A DNA stretch of 43,947 nt, taken from positions 1 through 43,947 of the IMG/VR virus record IMGVR_UViG_3300035494_000043. The stretch is one strand, 5' to 3'. This DNA is from a virus. Its lineage: Duplodnaviria; Caudoviricetes. Below the pieces are notes generated by a model that made no database searches, had not been told where the DNA came from, and was given only the letters and a program-made list of their open reading frames with translations. Of the stretch, positions 17,226 to 25,707 are shown piece after piece (the first letter of the stretch is position 1; every line of letters begins with the position of its first letter). The translations under genes and the position numbers were made by a program.

Positions 17226-17389
17226 TACATTTCCTCCAAAATCCTTCTAATCTCATTTAAATGATATTCAATATGTCTTTTTATTGGATCACTTAAAACC
17301 AACTCTAACTGTCTCTCGAACATTACATATCCACCTTGTCTTATTCCAGAACAATTATGCTTAAATACTACATCATCTCCAACTTTCAT
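17225..17389 (-). CDS. Small hypothetical protein (54 aa; not in track)
   Basis: MKVGDDVVF..; fills operon gap, TAATG-coupled to the HD gene. Confidence 0.55.
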   Translation of the reverse strand: MKVGDDVVFKHNCSGIRQGGYVMFERQLELVLSDPIKRHIEYHLNEIRRILEEM

Positions 17390-17390
17390 T

Positions 17391-18173
17391 TTAATCCATC
17401 CTCTCTCCCATCAACTCTCTCATTGATATAATTGGTGTGACAACTCTTTGTGTTTTACATGTTGCACAATGACCGCAACCAATTGGTACTTCTTCTCCAA
17501 TCATTACATCATAGTAACGTTTGATTTTCATTTGCACATAACCCAATGCCTGATTGAGAACACTTTGTGGAATTTGTATAATGGCACTATCGAATGGTGT
17601 TTCTTTTGTAACCACTGCGATATAGCATGGAAGTCTTTCACCGGTGTTCTGATATACAATCTCTTGATAACAAGCCAATTGAATATCGTACCCCCACATA
17701 GATATAAAGTCTATATACTTCCCATCTTTGTCTGTTATAGTACGCATTACCTTTAAATCCACAATTGCTTTTCCCTTATGGTATGAGTCCATCTTTATCT
17801 TGAATGGAATATCTTCAATCTCACCGGTCATTATGGTCTGTTTTTCACCGGATAAGAATTGAGATAAGTTCCGATCGTTCTTGATAAAGTCGCAAATTTC
17901 ATCCGCCATCTTAAAATCAGTTTTAAGTTGTCCTTTAGTTGCACCCCTACTTGAAATGATATCTGGATTTTCTTCCTTGAACTTGTCAAGTGTACCTTCC
18001 AACCATGAATCCACGTAAGAACCGATTTGCATGGCAACGGATACTTCATAGTCACCACCTAGTTTACCATCTACTTCACATTTATCGTATCTCTTAAATC
18101 TAGACACGGACATGTGATCCGGTTCATCATAATAGTTTTCTGGTGTTACAAGTGCCAATTCCTTTTCTGACAT
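17391..18173 (-). CDS. PD-(D/E)XK exonuclease (RecE/DUF3799-like)
   Basis: MSVSRFK..GS..KIKMD..IVDLK..YDIQLACY..C-terminal CGHCATC. Confidence 0.85.
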   Translation of the reverse strand: MSEKELALVTPENYYDEPDHMSVSRFKRYDKCEVDGKLGGDYEVSVAMQIGSYVDSWLEGTLDKFKEENPDIISSRGATKGQLKTDFKMADEICDFIKNDRNLSQFLSGEKQTIMTGEIEDIPFKIKMDSYHKGKAIVDLKVMRTITDKDGKYIDFISMWGYDIQLACYQEIVYQNTGERLPCYIAVVTKETPFDSAIIQIPQSVLNQALGYVQMKIKRYYDVMIGEEVPIGCGHCATCKTQRVVTPIISMRELMGERMD

Positions 18174-18820
18174 TAAATTCCACCACCTTCTTCACCGAAT
18201 GGGTTCATGATCACTTCTACTTCTTCATCTTCTGATGGTGATTCTACATCCATGACTTCATCAGCAGTCTGTAGACCCATCATAAGTTCTGGAACATATA
18301 CTCTACCGAACCACGCATAGGCTCTATATGCCAACATGAGTTCTGGCATTGTCTTCCACTTAGAACCGTTTTTGTCGATCCATCCTTCCGCTTTTGCGAT
18401 ACCTAGTGTTACCGTTCCACCTTTGAGTGTCTTGCCATCAGAGATTCTTTCAGCGGATACATAAGCACCCCATGAAGCAGTTCCACGTTCTCCAACATAG
18501 TTTACTTCAACATTTCTGAATTTTGTGTTTGCTCTGATCAATGATGCAATTGCTTGTCCGCTCCAACTTGGTTTCCCTTGGATTACAAACAGATTTTGCA
18601 TAACGATTATTGGTGACAATCCCATTCTACTTGCCATGTCTAGTGCGACAAAGCAATTTTCTGGACGGTTTCTGTATATGTCTGGGATGATAGTTGATTG
18701 AGATAGCATTTGTGCCATTTCCATTAATTTATCTAATGGCATTACTTCTCTACCAACTGAGAAATCTGGTGTCACTTTTACAATCGCATCTTCTGTTTTG
18801 ATGATGTTATTTTCTTCCAT
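18173..18820 (-). CDS. RecT/Redbeta-like single-strand annealing protein
   Basis: STIIP..YRNRPENCFVA..MQNLFVIQGKP..GSKWKTMPELMLAYRA. Confidence 0.85.
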   Translation of the reverse strand: MEENNIIKTEDAIVKVTPDFSVGREVMPLDKLMEMAQMLSQSTIIPDIYRNRPENCFVALDMASRMGLSPIIVMQNLFVIQGKPSWSGQAIASLIRANTKFRNVEVNYVGERGTASWGAYVSAERISDGKTLKGGTVTLGIAKAEGWIDKNGSKWKTMPELMLAYRAYAWFGRVYVPELMMGLQTADEVMDVESPSEDEEVEVIMNPFGEEGGGI

Positions 18821-18848
18821 TGACTTAACCTCCTTAACCTTATACCTT

Positions 18849-18878
18849 ATTATATCATACCTTGCGGTGGAATACAAG
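18849..18878 (-). promoter_or_regulatory. Promoter (CTTGTAT-17-TATAAT)
   Basis: Same design as the plus-strand promoters at 40333 and 41046. Confidence 0.7.
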
Positions 18879-19402
18879 CTATTTCTTCAAATTTCCACCA
18901 CATTTACAATGAAATCTTTCTGGATTCTTCCATGCTTTGGTTCTCATAGATACGTTATATATATATATCCACAATCCAAACAAGTCAAATTTCCGTGTGG
19001 TATCTTTGATCTCATTTCTTTGGATACTTGTTTGAGCACCGGATCATCTTCCGCTAATCTACTGATTCTGAGATTGTATTTTTCGTTTACCTTATCAGCG
19101 TACACTCTCCACATTCCGGTGTGATCCATTCCATCTGGTAGTGCATGGCATAACTCATGAACTAATGTGTTTAGGATTTCAAAGTGCATGTTGTTGTCCA
19201 CATACTTCTCAAAAATCTTTCTGGAAAACTCAATTTTGTAAAGATCGTTTGAGTACATGGTACATCTTCCAACTACTCTTGTAAGTCGATTGTTCAACTT
19301 CAAAGTGATTTCATCTGGTACTAGGTCTAGCAGTCCACAACCTTCCATGATTGTAAGTGCTTCTTCAAAATAGTTTCCTAATGCAAGTTCATATTTATCT
19401 AT
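18879..19402 (-). pseudogene. SprT-like zinc metalloprotease, frameshifted in a (TA)n repeat
   Basis: HELCH..H motif; removing one TA restores CLDC..HCKCGGNL zinc ribbon; likely ATA start at 19402. Confidence 0.75.
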
Positions 19403-19436
19403 TACTCATACCACCTTTGTTTGATTTGTTAATATG

Positions 19437-19465
19437 AGTATACCAAAGGTTTAAGTTAATGTCAA
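19437..19465 (-). promoter_or_regulatory. sigmaA promoter
   Basis: TTGACA-17-TATACT with TG extension. Confidence 0.8.
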
Positions 19466-19983
19466 CTGTTTTCTCTTAAATCTTTTAGAAATTCTAATAA
19501 TTCATATCTCAGTAGGGAATACATAAACTCTGGCAACTCATCTTTACCCACAAACCATATGGGGCAGTCATACCGGATACTGAATGTTAGTAGACTTGCT
19601 CTCATGCTCTTTGGTGGTAATTGTGACCTATAAGAACCATTGAATACCTTCTTCCATGTTGCACCTTCCACTACTATGTGTATTTGTTGGTCTTCTTCTA
19701 GTCTCTCAAATTCACGTGCAAAGCGTTCTCTACCACTAGTAAAGTTACCGGCAATCTCAGTTAGGGAATTTTTCTTCTCTATAATGAACTTTTTATCCAC
19801 ATCTAGTTCTGGATAATTTGGTAAAATGAATGAGTAATCTCCACTATCCAACTTTTCCTTTTTCCATTTGATTCCTTCACCGCTTAGATACCTTAGTATA
19901 TGTTCGTTCTTCTTCTCCCTTGTATCAACGATCACAATCATATCTTCTAATATCTCACCGATTTTTCTATCCGTTAACTCCAA
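19462..19983 (-). CDS. ERCC4-domain nuclease (putative junction resolvase)
   Basis: VDTREK..LDSGDY..IEKKNSLTE..RFAREFER..VVEG. Confidence 0.9.
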   Translation of the reverse strand: MELTDRKIGEILEDMIVIVDTREKKNEHILRYLSGEGIKWKKEKLDSGDYSFILPNYPELDVDKKFIIEKKNSLTEIAGNFTSGRERFAREFERLEEDQQIHIVVEGATWKKVFNGSYRSQLPPKSMRASLLTFSIRYDCPIWFVGKDELPEFMYSLLRYELLEFLKDLRENS

Positions 19984-20452
19984 ATTGCTCCCTCACCTTC
20001 TTTATAATCCACGATACACCACCTTGTGTTAGTCCTAATGTTTCCGCTATTTCTTTCTGAGTGTAACCTTCCGCTTTAAGTAGGATCACATCTCTATGCA
20101 AATCACTATTGAGTTCTCCCAACTTAGCATGGAAAACCGTATCCACATCTACCGCTTCATATAGATCGCTTATCTCGCCATGTTGTGTTTCATCTACATC
20201 ATACTCTTCTACTTCACCATTTCTGAATTTCTGTTGTAACTGTCGATACACCATTATGTCTGATCTCAATTTATAATAGTTGGCTAGTCCACCCCTAGTT
20301 GGATTGTACTTGCGAACGGTCTTACACAACTCTATAGTTAGTAGTCCGTACCACTCATCAATATCTAAGTTCTTCAAGTGTGCATACCAATAAATTAACT
20401 TCTCATTTTCTTCTACCATACGTGTTTCGTCTTCTGTTAATCGCTTCATCAT
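19967..20452 (-). CDS. Sigma70-family sigma-factor-like protein
   Basis: MVEENEKLIY..YNPTRG region-2-like part; C-terminal HTH EGYTQKEIAETLGLTQGGVS. Confidence 0.8.
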   Translation of the reverse strand: MMKRLTEDETRMVEENEKLIYWYAHLKNLDIDEWYGLLTIELCKTVRKYNPTRGGLANYYKLRSDIMVYRQLQQKFRNGEVEEYDVDETQHGEISDLYEAVDVDTVFHAKLGELNSDLHRDVILLKAEGYTQKEIAETLGLTQGGVSWIIKKVREQFGVNG

Positions 20453-20571
20453 TCATCATCTCCCTCCCAATAACACCCACTTTTTAATACAACCCTTTTA
20501 GAACTTCTTCTTTTTCATAACCAACTATCAAAGTCCATGATCACTTCCTCCTTTAATTCTCTTTATACCAT

Positions 20572-20600
20572 ATTATACCACACCCACTTTTAATTGTCAA
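20572..20600 (-). promoter_or_regulatory. sigmaA promoter upstream of the sigma-like gene
   Basis: Perfect TTGACA-17-TATAAT with TG extension. Confidence 0.85.
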
Positions 20601-20629
20601 CACTTTTCTTACAATTTACTCCAATTAAC

Positions 20630-20895
20630 TGCAAAGCTACGAATTACAGATGAGCTACAGATGAAAATAGCAATGCGTAACTTTGAAACCCATTGAGTAT
20701 CAACACGTTACAGATTTAAAGCTACGAATTACAGAAGAAATCCCTATTCTCTATATATTTATATTACTTTATTATTTTCTTTTTTTAGAAAAAATTAGTA
20801 ACTCGTAGCTCAAATTGGTAAAAGTGTTGAGCGACAACAACTTTCAGAGCCACAGAAGGAGCCACAAAAGCTACTCATTTTTAAACTCGTAGCTG
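20630..20895. repeat. Iteron-rich ori-like region B
   Basis: GCTACG, TTACAGA and GCCACAGA repeats around an AT-rich core; shares blocks with 1356-1702. Confidence 0.6.
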
Positions 20896-20944
20896 ATAAA
20901 ACACAAATGATCTAAAAATGTCCGTAGTGTGAATACAAATAATG

Positions 20945-20958
20945 CGAACATATGTTCT
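20945..20958. promoter_or_regulatory. LexA (Cheo) box
   Basis: CGAACATATGTTCT matches Firmicutes GAAC-N4-GTTC; intergenic. Confidence 0.55.
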
Positions 20959-21050
20959 TATTGTGTACAATTTAATTTAACACAACTAGTATACTAGAGT
21001 ATTAGTGTGCCAGTTACATATAGTGATCCATAGTATTTTACTTTGAGAAA

Positions 21051-21139
21051 ATTTGAAAGTAAGTCCGTGAGTGAAAATTTGAAAGTAAATTTTTTGTAAA
21101 TTATTTGAAAGTAAACCAATACAGAATATTTGAAAGTAA
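21051..21139. repeat. 4 x ATTTGAAAGTAA, period 26/26/25
   Basis: Exact 12-mers at 21051, 21077, 21103, 21128 with unique spacers. Confidence 0.9.
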
Positions 21140-21152
21140 GCACATATTATGG

Positions 21153-21180
21153 AAAGAAAAGAGGGCGATTACTCACCCTC
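21153..21180 (-). terminator. Terminator at end of late operon
   Basis: GAGGGTGA-GTAA-TCGCCCTC-TTTTCTTT on minus strand. Confidence 0.75.
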
Positions 21181-21495
21181 ATCATATTCTGGTCGGACAG
21201 TTGGTAGATGTTGGATCTTATCAATCAAACTAGGTATAATACCATTGCCCCCCAAATTATAATATTCCTTTGCCATAGCCATGATACTATCCCTTACATA
21301 TACTGGACAATACTCATCTTCCATGACTCTTTCGTACTTCTCGATTATTCTATCCTTCAATAGTGCCTGAACACCCAACTTGATGGATTCCTGCTCGTTT
21401 ATCTTGTGGTTTAGTTTTCTCAGTACGTAACCCATAATACTAGTGGTGACACCGAACAATGCACCCAACCAATATTCTGCTATAAAATCTGTCAT
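21169..21495 (-). CDS. Holin-like / lysis-associated membrane protein
   Basis: N-terminal TM, GVQALLKDRI..YYNLGGNG; in lysis cassette. Confidence 0.65.
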   Translation of the reverse strand: MTDFIAEYWLGALFGVTTSIMGYVLRKLNHKINEQESIKLGVQALLKDRIIEKYERVMEDEYCPVYVRDSIMAMAKEYYNLGGNGIIPSLIDKIQHLPTVRPEYDEGE

Positions 21496-21508
21496 AACAC
21501 CACTCCAA

Positions 21509-21682
21509 TTATCTTTTAACTATATGTTTCACCTCAAAATCATATAGATATACCATGTCAAGTTTCTTGTTCCTACATTCATACATTTGTTTTCCTGAGT
21601 CTTCTATCACATCAAGGATCAATACCCAATCACCGGATAAAGTATGTTCTACCTTATCCCCAACTTTGAACTTATATTCCAT
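21509..21682 (-). CDS. Small hypothetical protein (57 aa; not in track)
   Basis: MEYKFKVGDKVEH..; TGATG coupling, GGAGG RBS. Confidence 0.65.
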   Translation of the reverse strand: MEYKFKVGDKVEHTLSGDWVLILDVIEDSGKQMYECRNKKLDMVYLYDFEVKHIVKR

Positions 21683-22446
21683 CATCTATCCTCCAACTTA
21701 ACAATAACATTAAATCCCTTTGCTTTTGCTAATTCTGCTAATCTATCAGCATTATCCTTATAACTGAACCCACCGATCTGAACTCTGTAAATCTTACCTT
21801 CTGGTGCTTTCACTCTATCTTCATTTGGAGCAACAATCTTAACACCAAAGTAATTTGCGATACCGTCACACGTTTCCATAGCCACTTCATCAATGAAATC
21901 TTCATCTAACATTCTGAGTGCTTCTTTCTTATTATCCATAAAACCATTCTCAGTAAGAATTGCTGGTGGAATAGTATATTTCAGAATGTAGAAGTTTTCG
22001 TTCTTTACACCACGATCTCTTTGTGGAGTACCTTTTACAAGTTCTGCGTGAACTAATTTAGCAAGTTTATTACCTTCTGTAGAACCAGTATGGTGGAACA
22101 CACTTAATCCTTCTGGATCATTACCATCGAACTTACCATCAAATGCGTTATAGTGAATAGAACATACAATTGCTTTCACATTTGCTTCTCCATATTTTGA
22201 AAGTGCGTTTCTGTAATGAGTGTTCACTGTTCTAACTCTTTCATCTAGTGGGTGATCTCTATCAGTTGGTGCGGTAAGAACTACTTCCATACCAGACCTT
22301 TCAAGAATCACCTTCATATCTGCGACTACCACTCTGTTAAATTCATTCTCTCTGATTACCCTATTATTAAGTTCTGGAATAGGCGGTGTTCGTTTTCCGG
22401 CTGTTTCCATTCCATGTCCATCATCTAAGTATACAATATATTTCAT
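21682..22446 (-). CDS. Endolysin: N-acetylmuramoyl-L-alanine amidase (Amidase_3) + SPOR
   Basis: LDDGHG..E..SIHYNA..ILTENGFMDN; C-terminal YRVQIGGFS..NA. Confidence 0.93.
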   Translation of the reverse strand: MKYIVYLDDGHGMETAGKRTPPIPELNNRVIRENEFNRVVVADMKVILERSGMEVVLTAPTDRDHPLDERVRTVNTHYRNALSKYGEANVKAIVCSIHYNAFDGKFDGNDPEGLSVFHHTGSTEGNKLAKLVHAELVKGTPQRDRGVKNENFYILKYTIPPAILTENGFMDNKKEALRMLDEDFIDEVAMETCDGIANYFGVKIVAPNEDRVKAPEGKIYRVQIGGFSYKDNADRLAELAKAKGFNVIVKLEDR

Positions 22447-22457
22447 TTAGTTTCCTC

Positions 22458-22652
22458 CTACCAGTTTTCTCCATCAGTTGGGTTGTTAATGATACCAATT
22501 ACAGTACCAATCTGTAGTAATAGTGCGATTACCTGAGTTGCAATTTCAGACTGTGATACATCTAGTACACCAGTAAGAACTAGGATTGATAATACCTGTG
22601 AAGTAAGTGCTACCCACACATATTTACTTCTCCATCTATTCTGTTTTTCCAT
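22458..22652 (-). CDS. Holin
   Basis: QNRWRSK, two TM segments, GIINNPT; directly upstream of endolysin. Confidence 0.85.
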   Translation of the reverse strand: MEKQNRWRSKYVWVALTSQVLSILVLTGVLDVSQSEIATQVIALLLQIGTVIGIINNPTDGENW

Positions 22653-22700
22653 TTCATCACTTCCTTTGTATTATATTCTTTGCACAATAACGGACGATTA

Positions 22701-23819
22701 TTACATTCTTGTAATTCTGATTTTGGCAGACCGAAACGGTTCAGAAGAATATTCAGGGGCTAAGATGTCCACTCTGTTGGATATCCAAAATTCATCAATA
22801 ACCGGATTCATTCTGCTTGGCCCGCAAAACCATAAATGAAAATCGTTGCTTATTAAGTTGATTGGCTGATAGACATTATATCCATCAAGCGTAAAGTACA
22901 TATTTGCATTAGGATTTGCAGACTGTGAAAATACTGACGCTTTATTTTTAGTCGACCAGCTTAATTCTATCGACAATGCGTAAAACATATACCCGTCAGT
23001 ATGATGTATAAGCGTTGTTTCCTCTGTTTTCCTATCGTATCTAATTATCCACGCCCCTGGAAAACCACCGTCCATTCCCCATAAAACATAATCTTCATGG
23101 AATACTGCTGAAACAGCTCGCCATAACTGCCCTTCATTCCAAAAATCAGTAGTGCTATAAGACTTACCGACCAAGATTAATTCCTCACCATTCTTCGTTT
23201 TATATATTCTCGGCTGCGTATTACCATCACCGATTAGCACCCAAAACATTTTTTCGTAAGGATCATATTCGATTGCGTGTATATGCCCGATTGGGTCAGG
23301 GTCAGCGCTTATCTTATTTGGCAACGTATTAACGATTTGCCACGTCAAACCGTCATCCAAACTCCTGCGTATAGCGCAAGAATCAATCCCCGCTTGAAGT
23401 CCTGCGTCAAGGACATAATCCCCATACAGGATCACACCTTCTTCATTTTCCGCCATACTATGGTCTAAGGCGCTTATAACACCGATGTCGTGAACTGTTG
23501 TGAAATTAGTAAAAGTTGTATCTGTTGATCGCATGAATTTTAATGTGTTTCCATACAAATAAGTTGCTATCAAATGTCCGCTTCTTGTCAGTAAAATCGG
23601 CGAAGTCATAGCACGATCATGAGTGAATAGCATAATTTTATTGTCAGTCACCGGATCAACCTCAAAAATACCATAGTCAACTCTACCACCAATTAATCGC
23701 CCATCTTCAGTTACCGCCCTTATTTCATGCTGTGAAGTTTTAATAATTTCAAACTTCACAAACTTAGGTATTATCCATTTCTGAGTATCTATCCATTTTT
23801 GAGTTTCTATCCATTTCAC
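22701..23819 (-). CDS. Beta-propeller (Asp-box/BNR) protein, putative receptor-binding or glycan-active
   Basis: RRSLDDGLTW Asp-box, HIHAIEYDPY..GD; N-terminal KWI(E/D)TQ repeats. Confidence 0.65.
   Translation of the reverse strand: MKWIETQKWIDTQKWIIPKFVKFEIIKTSQHEIRAVTEDGRLIGGRVDYGIFEVDPVTDNKIMLFTHDRAMTSPILLTRSGHLIATYLYGNTLKFMRSTDTTFTNFTTVHDIGVISALDHSMAENEEGVILYGDYVLDAGLQAGIDSCAIRRSLDDGLTWQIVNTLPNKISADPDPIGHIHAIEYDPYEKMFWVLIGDGNTQPRIYKTKNGEELILVGKSYSTTDFWNEGQLWRAVSAVFHEDYVLWGMDGGFPGAWIIRYDRKTEETTLIHHTDGYMFYALSIELSWSTKNKASVFSQSANPNANMYFTLDGYNVYQPINLISNDFHLWFCGPSRMNPVIDEFWISNRVDILAPEYSSEPFRSAKIRITRM
23772..23816 (-). repeat. 18-bp in-frame tandem repeat (2.5 copies)
   Basis: AAATGGATA at 18-bp period encoding KWIETQ KWIDTQ KWI. 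Confidence 0.85.
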
Positions 23820-24385
23820 TTCGATTCTCCTAAAAACAACACAGTGCCAACTCCACCATTTGGTCTGTCAATTGAATACTGGTCAACGCCTATATTTACA
23901 ACTAACTCCAGGAAGGGCAAGGATAGTGCCGGATGTGTTAACGGGGTTAATGTAATACTTGCTCCGGCAGAAAGGACTGTTGTCGCCGGAACGATTTCTA
24001 TGTATGGGGTGGAAGAAGTTCCACCGGTTCTTAATACCCCTCTAACCCCATATCTCATTGATTTAGGTATATCATTGAGCGTGAAACCGTTTTTTATGTG
24101 TATGATTTTCCCTTTATACTCACTAACGTTCAGGTATTGAGCAGGATCAGGATTAGAAATGTTTTCCCCAACTGAAAAGCTATTAATAGCTCCAGGCCAT
24201 GCGAAGTCGGTATGTTCTTTGATTGTTGACGCATAAGGTTTTTCATCTATCTGTACTTCTGCATCAAGAACCGTTTTCAGAACCCAGTCGCCCGAAGCGT
24301 TTTGGATAGCAGATAATGCTACCTTATTACCTGTTGCGGGGTCTTTGCCTTTAATTATTCCGTCCAGTGGTAAAAAATCTGCCAT
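23816..24385 (-). CDS. Putative tail-tip/fibre-associated protein
   Basis: Position, GAGGAGG RBS, beta-rich. Confidence 0.55.
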   Translation of the reverse strand: MADFLPLDGIIKGKDPATGNKVALSAIQNASGDWVLKTVLDAEVQIDEKPYASTIKEHTDFAWPGAINSFSVGENISNPDPAQYLNVSEYKGKIIHIKNGFTLNDIPKSMRYGVRGVLRTGGTSSTPYIEIVPATTVLSAGASITLTPLTHPALSLPFLELVVNIGVDQYSIDRPNGGVGTVLFLGESK

Positions 24386-24742
24386 TTATATTACCTCCTC
24401 AATCAGTAACCCGATTTCGCCGTCTTGCACCGCTACCTGATATGTGTAATTTTTTAAATCATTTGTAAAGTTTTTGTTCGCTTTATCCACCAATTGTGCA
24501 TTGATTGCAATATCTTCTTGTTCTAAAGCATCAATGTCTGCTTCTGCTAAATCTAATCTGCCCTCTGCGTTTCCAATATCAAGTTCTATATTATCTATAT
24601 CACTTTCAGCTAAAACAACTCTATCTTCAATCCCATCAATCACACTATCCAACACATCTGAGTTTCCATTAAAATCTTCAATGTCATAATACTCAGTCCT
24701 TAATGGTTTCTTTAAATTATAATTTGGTGTAAAATCTGCCAA
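24386..24742 (-). CDS. Tail fibre N-terminal / coiled-coil protein
   Basis: TPNYNLKKP..DIEDFNGNSDVLD fibre-attachment motif. Confidence 0.65.
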   Translation of the reverse strand: MADFTPNYNLKKPLRTEYYDIEDFNGNSDVLDSVIDGIEDRVVLAESDIDNIELDIGNAEGRLDLAEADIDALEQEDIAINAQLVDKANKNFTNDLKNYTYQVAVQDGEIGLLIEEVI

Positions 24743-25036
24743 TTAAATCATCTCCTTTATTACACAATCTTGTAATGACAACTTACCACAATACACACTA
24801 TCCACTTCATCATCCACCTTAATCCTAAATTCATATTCATAAACATCTGGTAACTGAGTTTCGTTTTCAAGTAATTTTACATTCATTTTATTACCATCAA
24901 TAACTGGTGACTTTTCAATCTTGTTTTCACCCTTCCAATTATGGATTGCGAATAGACAATTTGCGGTTGACAGATCACTTACATTTTCCACTACACATTC
25001 GATTGTGATACTTTCAACTGTTTTAAATACATCCAT
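24743..25036 (-). CDS. Putative baseplate (BppU N-terminal-like) protein
   Basis: DLSTA..VKL..ET..YEYEFRI pattern; position. Confidence 0.55.
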   Translation of the reverse strand: MDVFKTVESITIECVVENVSDLSTANCLFAIHNWKGENKIEKSPVIDGNKMNVKLLENETQLPDVYEYEFRIKVDDEVDSVYCGKLSLQDCVIKEMI

Positions 25037-25045
25037 TTAATCACC

Positions 25046-25225
25046 TCACTCTAGTTTTCCAGTTATAGTTACTTTTTCTTTAGACCACTCATTTGGATTA
25101 TTTGAAAGTAGTTTGTGTGTACTTGATTCCATTTCAAGATGTGTTTCATGTCTTTGGTTCATTTCTGATATTGTTTTTAAGTTTAAGATTTGTATTGTGT
25201 TTGTGTTTAATTTTATATTATTCAT
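25046..25225 (-). CDS. Small hypothetical protein (59 aa; not in track)
   Basis: AAGGTG RBS, fills gap in tail operon. Confidence 0.55.
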   Translation of the reverse strand: MNNIKLNTNTIQILNLKTISEMNQRHETHLEMESSTHKLLSNNPNEWSKEKVTITGKLE

Positions 25226-25236
25226 TATTAATCACC

Positions 25237-25695
25237 TTAAGCTAGTACATAAACAGATTGAATATATAATGTACTAGATGCGTTATAAAACCCCATTTGA
25301 GTTCCTTTTCTAACTCTATTTACAGTGGACACGGATGGTCCTGTTCCAGCATATATATGAGAACCTATTGAACCTCCGCCATACCCTCTGAATATAATAA
25401 ACTGACTTGCTCTAGTATCACTAGTTGATGTAAATTCAACAGCATATATTTTTGATGATGTGTAATCCTCAATCATAGGTATAACCGTAGGATTTAAATA
25501 ATCTGTAGAAGTGACTTGTATTGGAGTTGTAATAGAATCTATTTTTATCCAACTTTCATTATCATTAACACCTAATAATGATTTCAAGTTACTTATTGTC
25601 ATTTTATTAGTGCTTGTAGGTGTTTCTATGACTACTACATCTGAATCACTAATTGTAATCTGTTCTGGTAACTGATTTATTTTAACATTTGCCAT
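25237..25695 (-). CDS. Putative short tail fibre / receptor-binding protein
   Basis: MANVKINQLP..D..TNKMTISNL N-terminal motif common in fibre adaptors. Confidence 0.6.
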   Translation of the reverse strand: MANVKINQLPEQITISDSDVVVIETPTSTNKMTISNLKSLLGVNDNESWIKIDSITTPIQVTSTDYLNPTVIPMIEDYTSSKIYAVEFTSTSDTRASQFIIFRGYGGGSIGSHIYAGTGPSVSTVNRVRKGTQMGFYNASSTLYIQSVYVLA

Positions 25696-25707
25696 TTCAC
25701 CATCTCC

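Noticed and set aside
17391-18173. CRISPR-associated Cas4
   Set aside because: Paired with a RecT-like gene; better explained as a RecE-type recombination exonuclease
21051-21139. Mini-CRISPR (repeat resembles ATTGAAA(G/C) CRISPR repeat ends)
   Set aside because: 12-nt repeats and 13-14-nt spacers are far too short; kept as a binding-site array
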